Source of the DNA: Lama glama
Taxonomy: Eukaryota
DNA length: 64,000 nt
Reading direction: 5' to 3'
Assembly: GCA_028534125.1 (NCBI GenBank)
Contig: CM052852.1
Location: 96,844,001-96,908,000, forward strand
Shown here: piece by piece, positions 62,480 to 64,000 of the stretch
How the letters are laid out: the number at the start of each line of letters is the position of its first letter
Numbering within the stretch: position 1 is the first letter of the stretch
Made by a program: the position numbers and the translations under genes
The notes under the pieces: model-generated
What the model saw: only the letters and a program-made list of their open reading frames with translations
The model's database searches: none
Told to the model about the DNA's origin: nothing

Positions 62480-64000
62480 TGCATCTCATTCAAGTCCACT
62501 CACCTCCTCTAGCCTCCTGCCCTCCCTCCTGGATCTAAACTGCCTGTACGCGCTCGCATTCTCTTGTGCATGGAGCCCCCAGAGCCCACATCCTGGATAC
62601 TGCTTCGTCAGCAGGAGTTTAAGAAGGCCTGCTTCTAGAAGCTTCTCCAAGAGTCTCCACAGCCCCACCTGCCCTGGCCAGGGTCCTGAAGTCTCCTGCA
62701 GCTCAGCCCCAAGCCATCTGGAGGCCAGGCTTGCCCTCATTGTTCAGGGCAGCATCAGTACTCTCTCGTCCAGGAAGCGACCCTGTCCATGGAGTGGATG
62801 CATAGAGTGGGGCTTGGCTGGCAGAGAAGTTGATGTGAGCACCCCTGGTGCCTGCCCTTTGTCCTGGAGCCTCCCACACCTGCACCAACACCAGAGGCAC
62901 CTTGCTCCTCCCTCTCCCCTATCCCAGGTCCCAGGGCTCTCATCCCGGTTCCACACCTCAATCTCCCATACCAGCCCACAGGTCCCCAGGGCCCTACACA
63001 CATCCCTCAGAGACAGTCACAGGGGTCCAAGGATTTGGGACCTGGATGTACCCACGTGCAACCTGGTGCCAGGGGAGGGTGAGGAGCAGCATCCTCTCAA
63101 CAACTCCTGGGGAGCAAGTTCTTGATCTGCGGGAGGCCAGGCCTAGCCCTGGGGACCCAGGGGTGACCAACCCCTGGCTGGAGTTGCTGATTGTCCACCT
63201 GGTGGGGGAGGCAGCCACAGATACCAGCCAGCTATGAGCCTGGAGAGAGGACCCACAACTCTGCATGGTGGGGACCCAGGATCTGCAGAGCACCCTGAGG
63301 TCACTGGAACAATTGCCTTGCCTGTGTGACAGGGACCACCAGGAACAGGGTGGGTTACTAGGTCAGCCTTGGCAGCTGACAGTGCCCCGTGCCTAGTGCT
63401 ACGGAGGGAGAGGGATGGGGGCAGGGGCCAAAACCAGCAGGAAGCACTGCGGGCTCAGCCCCCGCCCTGGGGAGTGGGGAGCTTATGGGGGTGTGGGGGG
63501 TCAGAGAGACAGCCAAGTGACTGGGCAGAGAATGCCGTGGAGCAGAACAGGCCCCAGCCTTCACCCAGCCTTCAGTGCTGCTGGATGTCTGTGGAGTGAA
63601 GGAGAAAAGGCAGCAAGTGCCATTGCAGAGACCTTGCCCTGCCAGGGCCTCGGGCTGGGGTCTGGGCCTGGGAACTGTGAGTTTCCCATCTGTCACACTC
63701 TGCAGCCAGCCCCCCGCCCCCCACCCTTGAGTTCTCAGCAGAGACCAGGCCAGACTCTGGCAGGGGGCGGGGAGAGGCCTGGGAAGCTGGCGGCCTGTTT
63801 GCTTTGGACTCATCCCTGCATTCCTTCTCCTCCCGCCCGGGGCCCACAGATCTGGCACTTCCTGTTTGGACTGGGTCAGAGGTCAGCAGCCTTGGAGGCA
63901 CTGGCCCTGATGGGGAGGGCCCCTTGCTTTCCCAGCTCTCACGACCCCTCTTCCCCTGTCTGGATGCCTGGCCCCAGCCCTCCCGCTCCACTCTGGTCAG

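Overview
Mammalian (eutherian) genomic DNA syntenic with human Xq28, in the order ZFP92(+), TREX2(-), HAUS7(-), ECM2-like/ECMX(+). BGN is expected just beyond the right edge. I reconstructed all coding exons by hand from splice sites and phases. ZFP92 has 4 coding exons (505 aa, KRAB plus 9 intact C2H2 fingers). TREX2 has one coding exon (236 aa, intact DEDDh site). HAUS7 has 10 exons; an apparent 2-bp insertion in the last exon changes the C-terminus. The ECMX gene has 9 coding exons (about 649 aa secreted SLRP-like LRR protein; pseudogenised in human). Exons 2-9 are intact, but exon 1 is one base out of phase at a C10 run, which could be an assembly error, a real lesion, or rescued by a +4 tandem donor. 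The rest is introns and intergenic DNA with ancient repeats (L1M, L2, MIR, MLT1, MER63, ERV1-type LTRs), two CpG islands and two N-gaps. I saw no Alu/B1 or other young lineage SINE. One LTR suggests a laurasiatherian, possibly cetartiodactyl, species (low confidence). Ortholog comparisons and repeat names are from memory and were not computed.
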